From contig VGZY01000004.1 of assembly GCA_016872355.1 (NCBI GenBank), positions 15,688-79,687 of the forward strand: a stretch of 64,000 nt of DNA, in the 5' to 3' direction. The DNA is from SAR202 cluster bacterium (GTDB taxonomy: Bacteria > Chloroflexota > Dehalococcoidia > Lucifugimonadales > VGZY01). A program made the position numbers and the translations under genes. The notes under the pieces are model-generated. The model made no database searches, was not told the DNA's origin, and saw nothing but the letters and a program-made list of their open reading frames with translations. Below, in pieces: positions 26,918-36,745 of this stretch (its first letter is position 1; every line of letters starts with the position of its first letter).

Positions 26918-27781
26918 CTAGAAAAACTCGTCCATCAAAATGTAAAACTCCACTTTCTCCGTCTCCGGCTTGCCGATGCCGTACTCCTCGCAAAACGCCA
27001 GCTCCGTCGCTTCACGATGGCCGAGATTATCCCGCAGGCTCCGTATCGCCAGCGCGATGTCCTGGTAGCGGTCCGCCACGCCGGCGCGGCCCAGGTCTAT
27101 GAAGCCGGACACGGACTCACCTTCCAGAATCACGTTAGGGAGGCAATAGTCGCCATGCGTGAATACAAGGTCCTCGGTCGGCGGGCGCTTCGCCATGAGC
27201 TCATCGAATAGCGCAGATGCGCTCCTCCCAAGATACTCAGCCTCGAAATTGCTCTCATCCACCCTGCCCGCCATCACGTTGGCCCGGGCCGCCTCCATCC
27301 TGACGGCCAGCGTCATATCGAAGGGGCATGCGGCTATCGGCACCGAATGCACCTGCCGCAGCCCGGCCGCGAGCAGCCGCGCCAGTCGCACAGCATCCCC
27401 TTCTGACGACACGTGTACCGACGATGCTGCGACTCCCGGGATGGCCGAAGTGAGGAGATACGCGCCCTCCGGCGTCTCCACGTATGCTTCCACGCGCGGG
27501 GCCGCCAGCCTGCCCTCCAGCCACATTATCCGCTCCTTCTCGGCGCAAAGCTCTTCCGGGTCATCGCCCTTCACAAGCTTCAAAAACAGGCTCGGCCTGT
27601 GCTTGCCCTCGAAACGGAAGACGTCCGCCGTTGACCACCCGCCGGTGAAGTCCGAGCGCCTGTCATATCCGGACAGTCGCGACTTGATAGCCTCAGGCAG
27701 GGATGTTAGGTCAAAGGGCGATGCTCTTCTTCTGGCCAAAGCGGCAACCTTTTCCGGGGAATATGCCATTATGGCGGACAA
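26918..27781 (-). CDS. Aminoglycoside 3'-phosphotransferase-like kinase, APH(3') family
   Basis: 287 aa. GGWSTADVFRF, Brenner motif FTHGDYCLPNV, IDLGRAGVADRYQDIA, and C-terminal FYILMDEFF typical of APH(3'). Confidence 0.85.
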   Translation of the reverse strand: MSAIMAYSPEKVAALARRRASPFDLTSLPEAIKSRLSGYDRRSDFTGGWSTADVFRFEGKHRPSLFLKLVKGDDPEELCAEKERIMWLEGRLAAPRVEAYVETPEGAYLLTSAIPGVAASSVHVSSEGDAVRLARLLAAGLRQVHSVPIAACPFDMTLAVRMEAARANVMAGRVDESNFEAEYLGRSASALFDELMAKRPPTEDLVFTHGDYCLPNVILEGESVSGFIDLGRAGVADRYQDIALAIRSLRDNLGHREATELAFCEEYGIGKPETEKVEFYILMDEFF

Positions 27782-27838
27782 GCCGCTCCCGGGTCAACTG
27801 GGGAGGTTGTTGCACAGTCGAACCTCTCGAACATTCCT

Positions 27839-29164
27839 TTACAGCAGCGCCCCCTGCGCCGCGAGCCGCCGCCGCAGGTCACTGCGGTCGATGTCCGCAG
27901 GCGCGACCGCCCCCGCGGCCGCCATGGCCGCGCCCACGCCAGCGCCCTCGCCGAGCGCCATCGCGGTCATGTTCACGCGGCTGGAGGCGAGCGCCTCCTG
28001 GTCCGCCGAGTGGCACCGTCCGGCCACTAGCAGGTTCTCCACCTTGCGGGGCAGCAGAGTGCCATACGAGATGTCGTACGCAGGCACGATCGTGTGCTTG
28101 TGGAAGCCGGAGGTGTCCGACGGGTGCCTATCCATGTACCACGAGCCCTTGGCCACGGCGTCCTCGTAGCGACGGGTGTGGAACACATCGTCCGCCGTCA
28201 GCGTGCGCTCGCCGACGATGCGCCGCGACTCCCGCGCGCCGATCACCGGGCCGCTCGTGACGAAGTAAGCGTTCGCGAACTCCGGAAGCCGCTCCTTCCA
28301 GATCGAGTACATCGTCCAGGCGTCCTCGCGCCCCTTGATCTCCGCGTCGCTCGTCTGCTGCGCTGAGGTGCTGTCGAACGCGACGCGCACCGCGTTGAAC
28401 ATTACCTCGCCCGGCCCCATCGGCGCGATCCCCGGCCCGGCGTACACACCCATCTCCCCGGCACGGTGCGCCTCTTCGATGACCTCGGCGCATCTCTTCG
28501 TCAGCGCGTACAGTTTGTCGGACGTGTTCGCGTTGTCGACGTTTCCCACCCGGAAGTGCAGGCTCCCCGGCTGGCGGACCGCCGCCATCTCGTACGGTGC
28601 GCCCGCCCAGGCTGCCACGTCTGCGTCGCCGGTGCAGTCTACAACCACCTTCGGGCGCACGGCCGTCAGCCCGTCTTTGTTCCCAAGGACGACGTGGTGA
28701 ATGCGGCCGCCTCGCGAGACCACATCCACGACCTTTGTGTGGTAGAGCACGCGCGCGCCGGACTCCCTGATGAGCCTGTCTGCGACCAGCTTGAACCGGT
28801 CCACGTTCCCGGTGCGTATCGGCAGCTTGCCGGGGTGCTTGTCCAGCTTCTCCTGGTCGGTCAGCGGCTCAAAGATTTTGCGCGACTTCAGCGGCAGTGT
28901 GATTTTCCCCAGGCGCTCCAGTATCTCAAGCACAACGCCGCCAACAACCACCTCGCCCGTCGTCATGTCGCACAGGCCGTCGGTCGCGTTGGAGGTGATC
29001 GCCGTCATGAACCCGCCGGCGAATCCGCATTGCTCGACCGCCAGCACGCTCGCGCCCAGGCGCGCCGCACCCACCGCCGCACCGGTCCCTGCGCACCCCA
29101 CCCCGCAGACAAGCACGTCCACATCGGCAATGACGTTGAGTGAGCGGGAGTAGGAGATTTGCAT
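27839..29164 (-). CDS. FAD-dependent oxidoreductase (FAD_oxidored/pfam12831-like)
   Basis: 441 aa. N-terminal dinucleotide-binding DVLVCGVGCAGTGAAVGAARLGASVLAVE. Confidence 0.65.
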   Translation of the reverse strand: MQISYSRSLNVIADVDVLVCGVGCAGTGAAVGAARLGASVLAVEQCGFAGGFMTAITSNATDGLCDMTTGEVVVGGVVLEILERLGKITLPLKSRKIFEPLTDQEKLDKHPGKLPIRTGNVDRFKLVADRLIRESGARVLYHTKVVDVVSRGGRIHHVVLGNKDGLTAVRPKVVVDCTGDADVAAWAGAPYEMAAVRQPGSLHFRVGNVDNANTSDKLYALTKRCAEVIEEAHRAGEMGVYAGPGIAPMGPGEVMFNAVRVAFDSTSAQQTSDAEIKGREDAWTMYSIWKERLPEFANAYFVTSGPVIGARESRRIVGERTLTADDVFHTRRYEDAVAKGSWYMDRHPSDTSGFHKHTIVPAYDISYGTLLPRKVENLLVAGRCHSADQEALASSRVNMTAMALGEGAGVGAAMAAAGAVAPADIDRSDLRRRLAAQGALL

Positions 29165-29320
29165 GGGTATGGCACCAGCATGAGTTTGTGGCGAATGATA
29201 TCAGGCGCGCGGCGAGGCGACGAGCATCGGGGTCCCCAGGAGGCGACTTCTCGCGCTCTATGCGTCTCATGCCCGCCTTCTGCTACGATGGCGCCCAGAC
29301 CTGCCCCAGGAGTGGCCACC

Positions 29321-32300
29321 ATGGTCTCCGTGAACATCGGCCGCATAGAAGAGCGCACGCAGGAGATCGGGCGGCGGCTGTACGGGCTCCTCCGGGAGCA
29401 AAGGTCCGCGCCGAGCGACCGCGTGCAGGACTGGCTCATGGTGCGTCTTATGGAGCAGCCCGAGCTGCGAACGCGTATGCTCCGTTTCGTGGACGTGATG
29501 GCCGGCCTGCCGGAGGGGGCACGGCGCGCCAGGTGGCCGCCCTGCTGCGGGAGTACTTCGCGGACGAGGCGGACCGGCTACCGGAGCTCTTGAAGCTCCC
29601 CATCGCCGCGGTAAGGTCGGACTTCCTGCCCGAAGAGGTCCGCGCGACCCTTGTGCGCCGCTCGATGCTGATGATCGCATACCGCTTCATCGTTGACCCG
29701 AGCGAGCGCAGCATCGATAACGTCCTCCGCAGACTGGAGCACTTCAACCGCTACCCCAGCTTCGACCTCCTTGGCGAGGCGGTCCTGAGCGCGCCGGAGG
29801 CGGACGCTTACCGCAAGGGATCCCTGGAGCTGCTGGACCGGCTTGGCCGCCACCGCATGGCGCGGCAGCGCACGCCCGGCGGCAGGCCCGCGCTCGAGGT
29901 ATCCATCAAGCTCACCGCGCTGACCGCACAGTTCAACCCGGAGGCGCCGGAAGCCACAATAGACCGCGTTCGCGGCCCGTTCGCCCAGATCTGTGACGCT
30001 GCCCGCTCGCGGGGCATCGGCGTAACCGTGGACGCCGAGCAATTCATGTACCGTGAGCTCATCTGGGAGATCATCCGGGACGCGGCCGGTCCCGGCGGGC
30101 CCTTCGCTGAATGGCCGGACCTGGGGATGGTTGTGCAGGCGTACCTCCGCCACTCCGAGGCCCACGCGCAGGACATCATCGAGTTCGGCCGCCGGCGCGG
30201 GACGCCGCTGCGAGTGCGGCTCGTGAAGGGCGCGTACTGGGACTACGAGTACATAGTCGCCGAGCAGCACTCATGGCCCGTGCCGGTCTACCTGGACAAA
30301 GCGGAGACGGACAGGAGCTTCGAGCGGATTGTCCGTCGCGTTCTCGAGGCCCACACCGCCGTTTCGCTCGCCGCGGGCAGCCACAACGTCCGCAGTCACG
30401 CGTACGCGGAGGCCGTCCGTGAAGCCCTCGGCCTGCCGGAACACACCGTGGAGCACCAGACGCTCTACCGCACGCTCGAGCACCTGAGCCGCGCCCTGCC
30501 CCTGATGGGCTGGAGCGCGCGCGACTACATCCCTTCCGGCGAGCGTATCCCCGGTATGGCGTACCTGGTGCGCCGCATCCTGGAGAACACGTCGCAGGCC
30601 GGCTTCCTGACTCAGCAGCGGCGCAGCGAAGACCCGGCGAAGCTCCTCAGCCCGCCGGCGCCTGCCGGGGAAGACGAGACCTACCGCCGCCCGCAGTACG
30701 CGACCGGTTTCCTTAACGACCCCGAGCCCCGCCTCTTCGACCACGACGAGCGGGCGCAGATGGACGAGGCGCTGGAGAGTACACGTGAACGGTGGGGGGC
30801 CGAGTATCCCCTGGTCTTCGGCGGCGAGTCCGTATCCGGGCATGAGTCGGTTGCCTCGCATAGCCCGTCGCACCCGGCGGAAGTGGTTGGACGGGTCCAC
30901 TTCGCCGGCGCGCAGCAGGCCGACGCGGCGATAGCGATGGCAAACAAGGGCGCGCGTAAGTGGGCGGAGACCGCCCCATCCGAGCGCGCGAGCATCGGCC
31001 TGCGCGCCGCCGCCATCCTGCGTGAGCGCAGGCACGAGATCGCCGCCTGGGTCGTGCACGAGGGCGGCAGGACGCGATCGGAGGCGCTGGCGGATGTGGG
31101 CGAGGCGATCGACCATATCGAATGGAATGCGCGGGAGCTGTTACGCCAGGAAAAGACCGTTCGTGACGACTACCGCCCGCGCGGGGTCGTGGGCGTAATA
31201 TCGCCCTGGAACTTCCCGATCGCCCTCCCGGCCAGGATGGTAAGCGCGGCGCTGATGGCCGGCAACGCCGTCATCCTCAAGCCATCCGAGCAGACGCCCA
31301 TTGTCACGCAGAAGCTCGTGGAGGCGCTCCACCAGGCGGGGGCGCCCCGTGACGCCCTCATCCACCTGCCGGGCCGAGGGGAGACGGTGGGCAGGCGACT
31401 CGTGGACAGCCCGGACGTGGACATGATCGCTTTCACCGGCTCGAAAGCGGTGGGGGTGTCCATCTACAAGTCCGAGTCGGAGGTAAGCCTCGCCAGGGGC
31501 GGCATCAAGCGCACGATCACTGAGATGGGCGGCAAGAACCCGATCATCGTTTTCCCGGATGCGGACATGGACGAGGCGGTGGCGAGCATTTTGACATCCG
31601 CCTTCGGCCACGCCGGCCAGAAGTGCTCAGCCTGCTCGCGCGTAATCGTCCACCACACCGCCTACGGCAGGCTGGTCCTGCGCCTCATCCAGGCCGCGCG
31701 CAGCCTCGTGGTCGGCCCGGCGGACGACCCGGACACGTTCATTAACCCAATGATAGACGAGGAGGCGAAGGCCCGCGTCCTGCGCTACGGCGATATCGCG
31801 CGGCAGGAAGGCAATGTCCTTCTGGACATGCAGGCTGCGGGCCCCTCGGGGTCGCTGTGCGTCGGCCCGATGATCGTCCACATCGCCCCGGAGAAGGCGA
31901 GCACGTCGCGCATCATGCAGGAGGAGATCTTCGGGCCGGTGCTGGCCGTAACGCAGTTCAGCACAGAGCGCGACGCCACAGACCTTGCCAACAGCGTCCC
32001 GTATTCCCTCACGGCAGGCATCTTCTCCCGCAGCCCGGCCACGGTGAGACGGGTGACGCAGGAGCTTAACGCGGGCAACATCTACGTCAACCGGAAGATA
32101 ACCGGCGCCAGGGTTGGCATAGAGCCATTCGGCGGCTTCAACTTCTCCGGCACCGGCCCCAAAGCCGGCGGCGAGGACTACCTGCTCGCCTTCATGACGC
32201 GCTCCGAATCCCTCAGGACCGGAGCTTCAACGTCTATCGACAGCTCCCACTCAGGCCAGGTGGGAAGCTCCGAAAACCGCCGGAACGGCGATTCCGCCTC

Positions 32301-32343
32301 TCTCTCCCCCCTTCCCTCTCAGGGAAGGGGGCCAGGGGGTTAG
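29321..32343 (+). pseudogene. putA: Bifunctional proline dehydrogenase / P5C dehydrogenase (PutA), frame broken at a G5 run
   Basis: The N-terminus MVSVNIGRIEERTQEIGRRLYGLL...RMLRFVDVMAGLPEG is read from ATG 29321 in one frame. The remainder, from (G)TARQVAALLREYFADE... through the PRODH and ALDH domains (..EMGGKNP.., FGHAGQKCSA, EEIFGPV, PFGGFNFSGTGPKAGGEDYL), is in the -1 frame. The switch is at GAGGGGGC (29513-29520), and one extra G would restore a single frame. The 3' end runs into a repeat (32296-32345). Confidence 0.85.
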
Positions 32344-32345
32344 GT
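32296..32345. repeat. Short-form hairpin repeat (CCCCCTTCCC-TCTCA-GGGAAGGGGG..GGTTAGG) at the putA ALDH/CTD junction
   Basis: Same subfamily as 6571-6616. It supplies the last 13 codons ([13 protein letters not shown]) and the TAG of the putA main frame. Confidence 0.8.
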
Positions 32346-32501
32346 CTCTCCGCACCCTGGTCTCCCATAGGGCCGCAGGAGCGGGTCCGCGTCCTTCGAG
32401 AGGCCCTGGAACTGCTCAAGCGCCGTGAAGAAGACCTCAATGGCGCCATAAGTGCATGGCATCCCGGGAGACTGATCGACAGGCGCCGGACCAGGGAGGC
32501 C

Positions 32502-33056
32502 ATGGAAGCCCTCGCCGCTAGCGTTACCGGCCAGTGGAAAGAGGTCGGCGAGGCCCGGCCCACCGTTAACGTACCCGGCCAGGACAACTTCATTGTCTGG
32601 ACGCCGCGCGGGGGCGGGATAGTGATGGTCGACGAGGGGGCTTCCCCCGAGGCCCTTGCCGGTATGCTGTTCGGCACAATCGTCGCCGGCAATGGGGCCG
32701 TCGTTTGCGTCCCATCGCATCTACGCGCGCTCGCCGGGCTCCTGGTTGACGCCCTCCATGAGGCAGGCGTGTCGCAGTACGCCCTTTTCCTTGCGGAGGC
32801 CGACGCCACGCCGGATTCCCTCGCCGCCCTGCCCGTGCACTTCGCGGTCGCCGACCTGGGCGCGGAGGGCACGGCATCCCTTCACCGCGCCCTGAGCGTT
32901 ACATCTGAAGACGGCGGCCAGCGCTGGCTCAAGGCGCTGGTCTCGATGTCCGACGGCACCCGCCCCGGCGAGCCCTGCTTCCTGTGGCGGCTGTGCCATG
33001 CGAAGACCGTCGCCGTCAGCACCCTCCGCCACGGCGCTGACCTGGATTTACTGTAG
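32502..33056 (+). CDS. PutA C-terminal (ALDH-superfamily-like) domain, encoded in a different frame from the upstream putA body
   Basis: 184-aa ORF. VNVPGQDNFIVWTPRGGGIVMV...GTIVAGNGAVVCVP resembles the CTD of long PutAs. The frame is open from 32070 but has no ATG/GTG/TTG before 32502. Confidence 0.5.
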   Translation: MEALAASVTGQWKEVGEARPTVNVPGQDNFIVWTPRGGGIVMVDEGASPEALAGMLFGTIVAGNGAVVCVPSHLRALAGLLVDALHEAGVSQYALFLAEADATPDSLAALPVHFAVADLGAEGTASLHRALSVTSEDGGQRWLKALVSMSDGTRPGEPCFLWRLCHAKTVAVSTLRHGADLDLL

Positions 33057-33088
33057 TCGGCTACCGGCTTTTTTGGAACGCCTTCCCG

Positions 33089-33174
33089 GTAGCCCGCCCC
33101 GATGCATCGGGGCCTGTCTTGCTCGCCGGTGATGCCTGCATGCAACGCGGGCCCCGATGCATCGGGGCGGCTAC
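33089..33174. repeat. 86-bp nested-palindrome element (two GTAGCC-GCCCCGATGCATCGGGGC arms around a 36-nt core)
   Basis: Left arm: GTAGCCCGCCCCGATGCATCGGGGC (33089-33113). Right arm: GCCCCGATGCATCGGGGCGGCTAC (33151-33174). Same architecture and length as 16978-17062. Confidence 0.8.
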
Positions 33175-33225
33175 GTGAAGTCAAATCGCCCCGATACAAC
33201 CGGGCCGCTGTCTTGCCGACGGCTC

Positions 33226-33270
33226 TCTGCTCACTGCCGACTGCCATCTGCTGACTGCCATCTGCCATCC
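33226..33270. repeat. Heptamer array (..CTG-ending units: CTCACTG CCGACTG CCATCTG CTGACTG CCATCTG CCATCCT)
   Basis: Reverse complement is GGATGGCAGATGGCAGTCAGCAGATGGCAGTCGGCAGTGAG, the same GGCAGTC family as in ileS and 11050-11098. Confidence 0.8.
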
Positions 33271-33302
33271 TGCTATAATCGTCCGATAGAACTTCAAGCC
33301 GC

Positions 33303-33716
33303 GTGGAAGCCATGGCCGTCGACTACGCTGCCCTCAAAGTGGGCGACAGGATATCCGACCGCACGTACAGAATGGATGCCGCGTCCGTGGCGAAGTACGT
33401 GGATGCGGTCATGGACCGCTCGGGCATATTCGACCCGGGCGCGCAGGGCGCCGTTGTGCCTGCCATGGCTATCGCGGCGCTCAGCATGCGGGGCGTCGTG
33501 AACGACCTGGGCATCCCGGGCGGCACCGTGCACGTGGCGCAGGAGCTGGAGTTCCACATAGTCGCGCGCGTCGGCGAGACACTGGAGTGCAAGGCCAAGA
33601 TCTTCCAGAACTCCACGCGCGTCGGCTGGCGCTTCCTCGTCGTTCGCCTCAGCGTGGAGGACGGCAGTGGCGAGCCGGTGATGACCGGCAAGAGCACGAT
33701 AATGCTGCCGGTGTGA
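33303..33716 (+). CDS. Hotdog-fold protein, MaoC-like, non-catalytic type (HadA-like)
   Basis: 137 aa. Hotdog-like length and pattern, but no hydratase-2 D-x4-H motif. Paired with the catalytic MaoC gene downstream. Confidence 0.6.
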   Translation: MEAMAVDYAALKVGDRISDRTYRMDAASVAKYVDAVMDRSGIFDPGAQGAVVPAMAIAALSMRGVVNDLGIPGGTVHVAQELEFHIVARVGETLECKAKIFQNSTRVGWRFLVVRLSVEDGSGEPVMTGKSTIMLPV

Positions 33717-33810
33717 CGGTCAACGGCCGCAGTGAGCAGCGGGTCCCGATTCACTAAGTTCATGCGGGGTCTTCGACAGTGAGCAGTCGGCCAGGCAAAC
33801 AATCGAGTCC

Positions 33811-34224
33811 ATGAACGAAGGCGATTCCCTCCCTACAATCGAAAAGCTGATTACCCAGGCGCAAATTCAGAAGTACGCCGAGGCTTCCGGCGACTTCAAT
33901 CCCGTGCACATTGACATGGAGTTCGCGAAGACGACGCAGTTCGGCGGGACTATCGCGCACGGGATGATGATCGCTGCCGGCGTCTCCGAGATGATGTCTG
34001 TCGCCTTTGCGAAGAGCTGGCTGGAGAATGGCAGGCTCAAGCTCCGCTTCAAGGCCCCCGTGAGGCCCGGCGATAGCATCGCTACCTTCGGGACGGTAAA
34101 GGGCGTTAAGGTTAAGGTTACGGAGGGCGCGCGGGAGCTCACCTGTGCGGTCGGGATTCGCAAGCAGGACGGCGAGGAAGTAATAACCGGCGACGCGGTT
34201 GTGACGCTGCCGCAGGGCCGGTAA
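33811..34224 (+). CDS. MaoC-family (R)-specific dehydratase (HadB-like)
   Basis: 137 aa. Hydratase-2 motif YAEASGDFNPVHIDMEFA. Confidence 0.8.
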   Translation: MNEGDSLPTIEKLITQAQIQKYAEASGDFNPVHIDMEFAKTTQFGGTIAHGMMIAAGVSEMMSVAFAKSWLENGRLKLRFKAPVRPGDSIATFGTVKGVKVKVTEGARELTCAVGIRKQDGEEVITGDAVVTLPQGR

Positions 34225-34236
34225 CAGGAGTATTTC

Positions 34237-35250
34237 ATGACGACGCCTCCAGGCATGGTGCGCATAGCTGTAGACGCGATGGGCGGCGACCACGGCCCCG
34301 CGGAGATCATCAAAGGTGCCGCACTGGCCGCCAAACAGGGCGGCGTGGCGGTCCTGCTAGTCGGCGACCCCGATAAGGTGCAGCCCGAGCTGCCCAAGTA
34401 CGGCAAGCTGCCTATTATGCCGGTGCCTTCGGAGGGGATGATCGTCGAGGGCGAGCACCCTGCCCTTGCGCTGCGGCAGAAGCCGAAGGCGTCCATCCTT
34501 GTCGCCACCGGCGCCGTCAAGAAGGGCATGGCCGACGCCTGCGTCACGATGGGCTCCACGGGAGGCGCCATGGCCGCCGCGGCGGTCGTGCTCGGCATGT
34601 TCGAAGGCATAGAGCGGCCCGCCCTCGGCGGCCCGGTCATCGGCTTCGCGAACAAACAGGTGATCATAGACCTCGGCACCAACGTTGACTGCAAGCCCCA
34701 GCAGCTCCTCAGCTTCGCAGTCATCGGCAATGTCTTCGCCCGCACCTTCTGGGGCGTGGAGAAGCCTCGCATCGCCCTCCTTACGGTCGGCTCGGAGTCC
34801 GGCAAGGGCAACAAGCAGGTCAAGGAGACGGCAGAGCTCTTCCAGAAGAGCGGCCTGAACTTCACCGGCAACGTGGAGGGCAACGACCTCCCGTTCGGCA
34901 GGGCCGACGTTGTGGTCTGCGACGGCTTCGTCGGCAACATCGTCATGAAGTTGACCGAGGGCCTCGGCGAGGCTACCTCACACCTGCTCAAGGAGCGGCT
35001 GAAGGGCAAGATGGCGGAGGCGGACGCTGAGGCGATTGCCAAGGAGGTCTTCGACCTCCACAACGTTGTCGAGGTCAATGGCGGCGGCCCCCTGCTGGGC
35101 GTCAACGGCGTCAGCGTCGTCGGCCACGGCCGGGGCCGCGCAGACGCGGTCGCACGCGCCATCGGCATGGCGAAGAAGGCTGTGGATGTCGGCTTCGTCG
35201 CCAAGCTCAACACGGAGCTCGCCCAGGTGCGGGCGAACGTAGGGGTGTAA
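34237..35250 (+). CDS. plsX: Phosphate acyltransferase PlsX
   Basis: 337 aa. RIAVDAMGGDHGP N-terminus and DGFVGNIVMKLTEG. Confidence 0.95.
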   Translation: MTTPPGMVRIAVDAMGGDHGPAEIIKGAALAAKQGGVAVLLVGDPDKVQPELPKYGKLPIMPVPSEGMIVEGEHPALALRQKPKASILVATGAVKKGMADACVTMGSTGGAMAAAAVVLGMFEGIERPALGGPVIGFANKQVIIDLGTNVDCKPQQLLSFAVIGNVFARTFWGVEKPRIALLTVGSESGKGNKQVKETAELFQKSGLNFTGNVEGNDLPFGRADVVVCDGFVGNIVMKLTEGLGEATSHLLKERLKGKMAEADAEAIAKEVFDLHNVVEVNGGGPLLGVNGVSVVGHGRGRADAVARAIGMAKKAVDVGFVAKLNTELAQVRANVGV

Positions 35251-35252
35251 TC

Positions 35253-36005
35253 TTGGTCAAGTCTGCTATCGAAGGAAAGGTAGCCCTTGTCACCGGGGCG
35301 TCCAAGGGCATCGGCCGCGGCTGCGCCATCCGGCTGGCGGAGATGGGCGTGAAGGTCGCCGTGAACTACAACTCCTCGCCGAAAGCGGCCGAAGAGGCAG
35401 TGGAGACGATCAAGGGCATCGGCGGCGAGGCATTCGCCGTCCAGGCCGACGTTTCGAAGGTCGAGCAGGTCAACGCAATGGTGGACCGCGTGCAGAAGGA
35501 CTGGGGCGCTGTCGATATCCTCGTAAACAACGCGGGCATCATCGACGACGGCCTCCTCATCCGCATGACGGACGAGCAGTGGCGGCGCGTCATTGGCACC
35601 AACCTGGACGGCACCTTCTACTGCTCCCGCGCAGTCATCCGCAAGATGCTCAGCAAGCGCTGGGGCCGCATAATCAACATCGCCTCTGTGGTGGGCCTCC
35701 GCGGCAACCCGGGCCAGACTAACTACACCGCCTCCAAGGCAGGTATCATCGGCTTCACGAAGGCGCTCGCCAAAGAGGTCGCCACCCGCAACATCACGGT
35801 CAACTGCGTTACCCCCGGTTACCTTGAGACCGAGACCACCTCTGTGCTTACGGAGGCCCAGCGAAGCCACTGGCTTAGCGTCATCCCTCAGTGCCACTTC
35901 GGCGAGATCGACGATATAGCCTACCTGGTGTGCTACCTGGCCGATGAGAAGGCCAAGTATATGACCGGGCAGATCATCAGCGTCGACGGCGGCATGGCGG
36001 TATAG
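35253..36005 (+). CDS. fabG: 3-oxoacyl-ACP reductase
   Basis: 250 aa. TGASKGIG, NNAG and YTASKAG catalytic motifs. Confidence 0.9.
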   Translation: MVKSAIEGKVALVTGASKGIGRGCAIRLAEMGVKVAVNYNSSPKAAEEAVETIKGIGGEAFAVQADVSKVEQVNAMVDRVQKDWGAVDILVNNAGIIDDGLLIRMTDEQWRRVIGTNLDGTFYCSRAVIRKMLSKRWGRIINIASVVGLRGNPGQTNYTASKAGIIGFTKALAKEVATRNITVNCVTPGYLETETTSVLTEAQRSHWLSVIPQCHFGEIDDIAYLVCYLADEKAKYMTGQIISVDGGMAV

Positions 36006-36010
36006 CTGTC

Positions 36011-36745
36011 GTGACGACCGACAAGAGCCTCCAGATTATCGATTCCTTCTGGGCCGAGACCTTTGGCTGCTCGATTGAGGTCCTGCGCCGCAGCGGCGTG
36101 GATGTTGTGCCCCGCACGAAAATCAGGGACCGTCGCGACGTCTTTGTCCTGGGGGCGGGCCAGGCGTACGTGGTAACTGCGCGCGAGGATGTGTTTGATG
36201 ACGTGCGCAGCGCGGTGACTGCCCCTGGCCTTGCGCAGGCAACCCTGCTGGAGGTCTCCTTCTGGGAAGGGGTGCTTGGTAGCAGGATCGACCAGGCGGT
36301 AGGTCCCACGTGGCTTGCCTATGCGGACACCAGCGACTTTTACCCGGCAGACACGTCGTCAGTGGCGCAGCTCCGCCCGTCGGACGGCTACGCGCTTGGG
36401 GCCCTCAAAAACGCGTGCTCGAAAGTGGACTGGGAGAGCGGCAACATCGATCTTGTGAAGCAGCCGACGTTCGGCTACTACCTGGGCGACAGCCTCGTCG
36501 CCGTGGCGGGCTACGAGGTGTGGGCCGGCAAGATTGGCCACATCGGCGTAGTCACCCATCCGCAGCTCCGTGGGAAGGGCTTTGGGAAGACGACCGTCAG
36601 CGCGGCCGCGGAGCACGGCCTCAAGGCCGGCCTTGTGATGCAGTACCAGACGATGGGCTCCAACCAGCCGTCGAAGGGCATCGCCCGGTCCCTCGGGTTC
36701 CGCAGGTACGGCCGGACCGTCTCGGTGAGGCTCAAGGGGCGGTAA
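36011..36745 (+). CDS. GNAT-family acetyltransferase
   Basis: 244 aa. C-terminal IGVVTHPQLRGKGFGKTTV acetyl-CoA pocket. Confidence 0.7.
   Translation: MTTDKSLQIIDSFWAETFGCSIEVLRRSGVDVVPRTKIRDRRDVFVLGAGQAYVVTAREDVFDDVRSAVTAPGLAQATLLEVSFWEGVLGSRIDQAVGPTWLAYADTSDFYPADTSSVAQLRPSDGYALGALKNACSKVDWESGNIDLVKQPTFGYYLGDSLVAVAGYEVWAGKIGHIGVVTHPQLRGKGFGKTTVSAAAEHGLKAGLVMQYQTMGSNQPSKGIARSLGFRRYGRTVSVRLKGR

Noticed and set aside
29140-29320. 5' extension of the 1067-aa putA ORF
   Set aside because: It overlaps the divergent FAD-oxidoreductase start and has no PutA similarity. The conserved N-terminus is in another frame starting at ATG 29321.
33867-35897. 676-aa minus-strand ORF
   Set aside because: It lies antisense to the well-supported MaoC, plsX and fabG genes. 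It has low-complexity Ala/Pro/Ser/Thr/Arg-rich composition and no motifs. It is a typical shadow ORF of GC-rich DNA.
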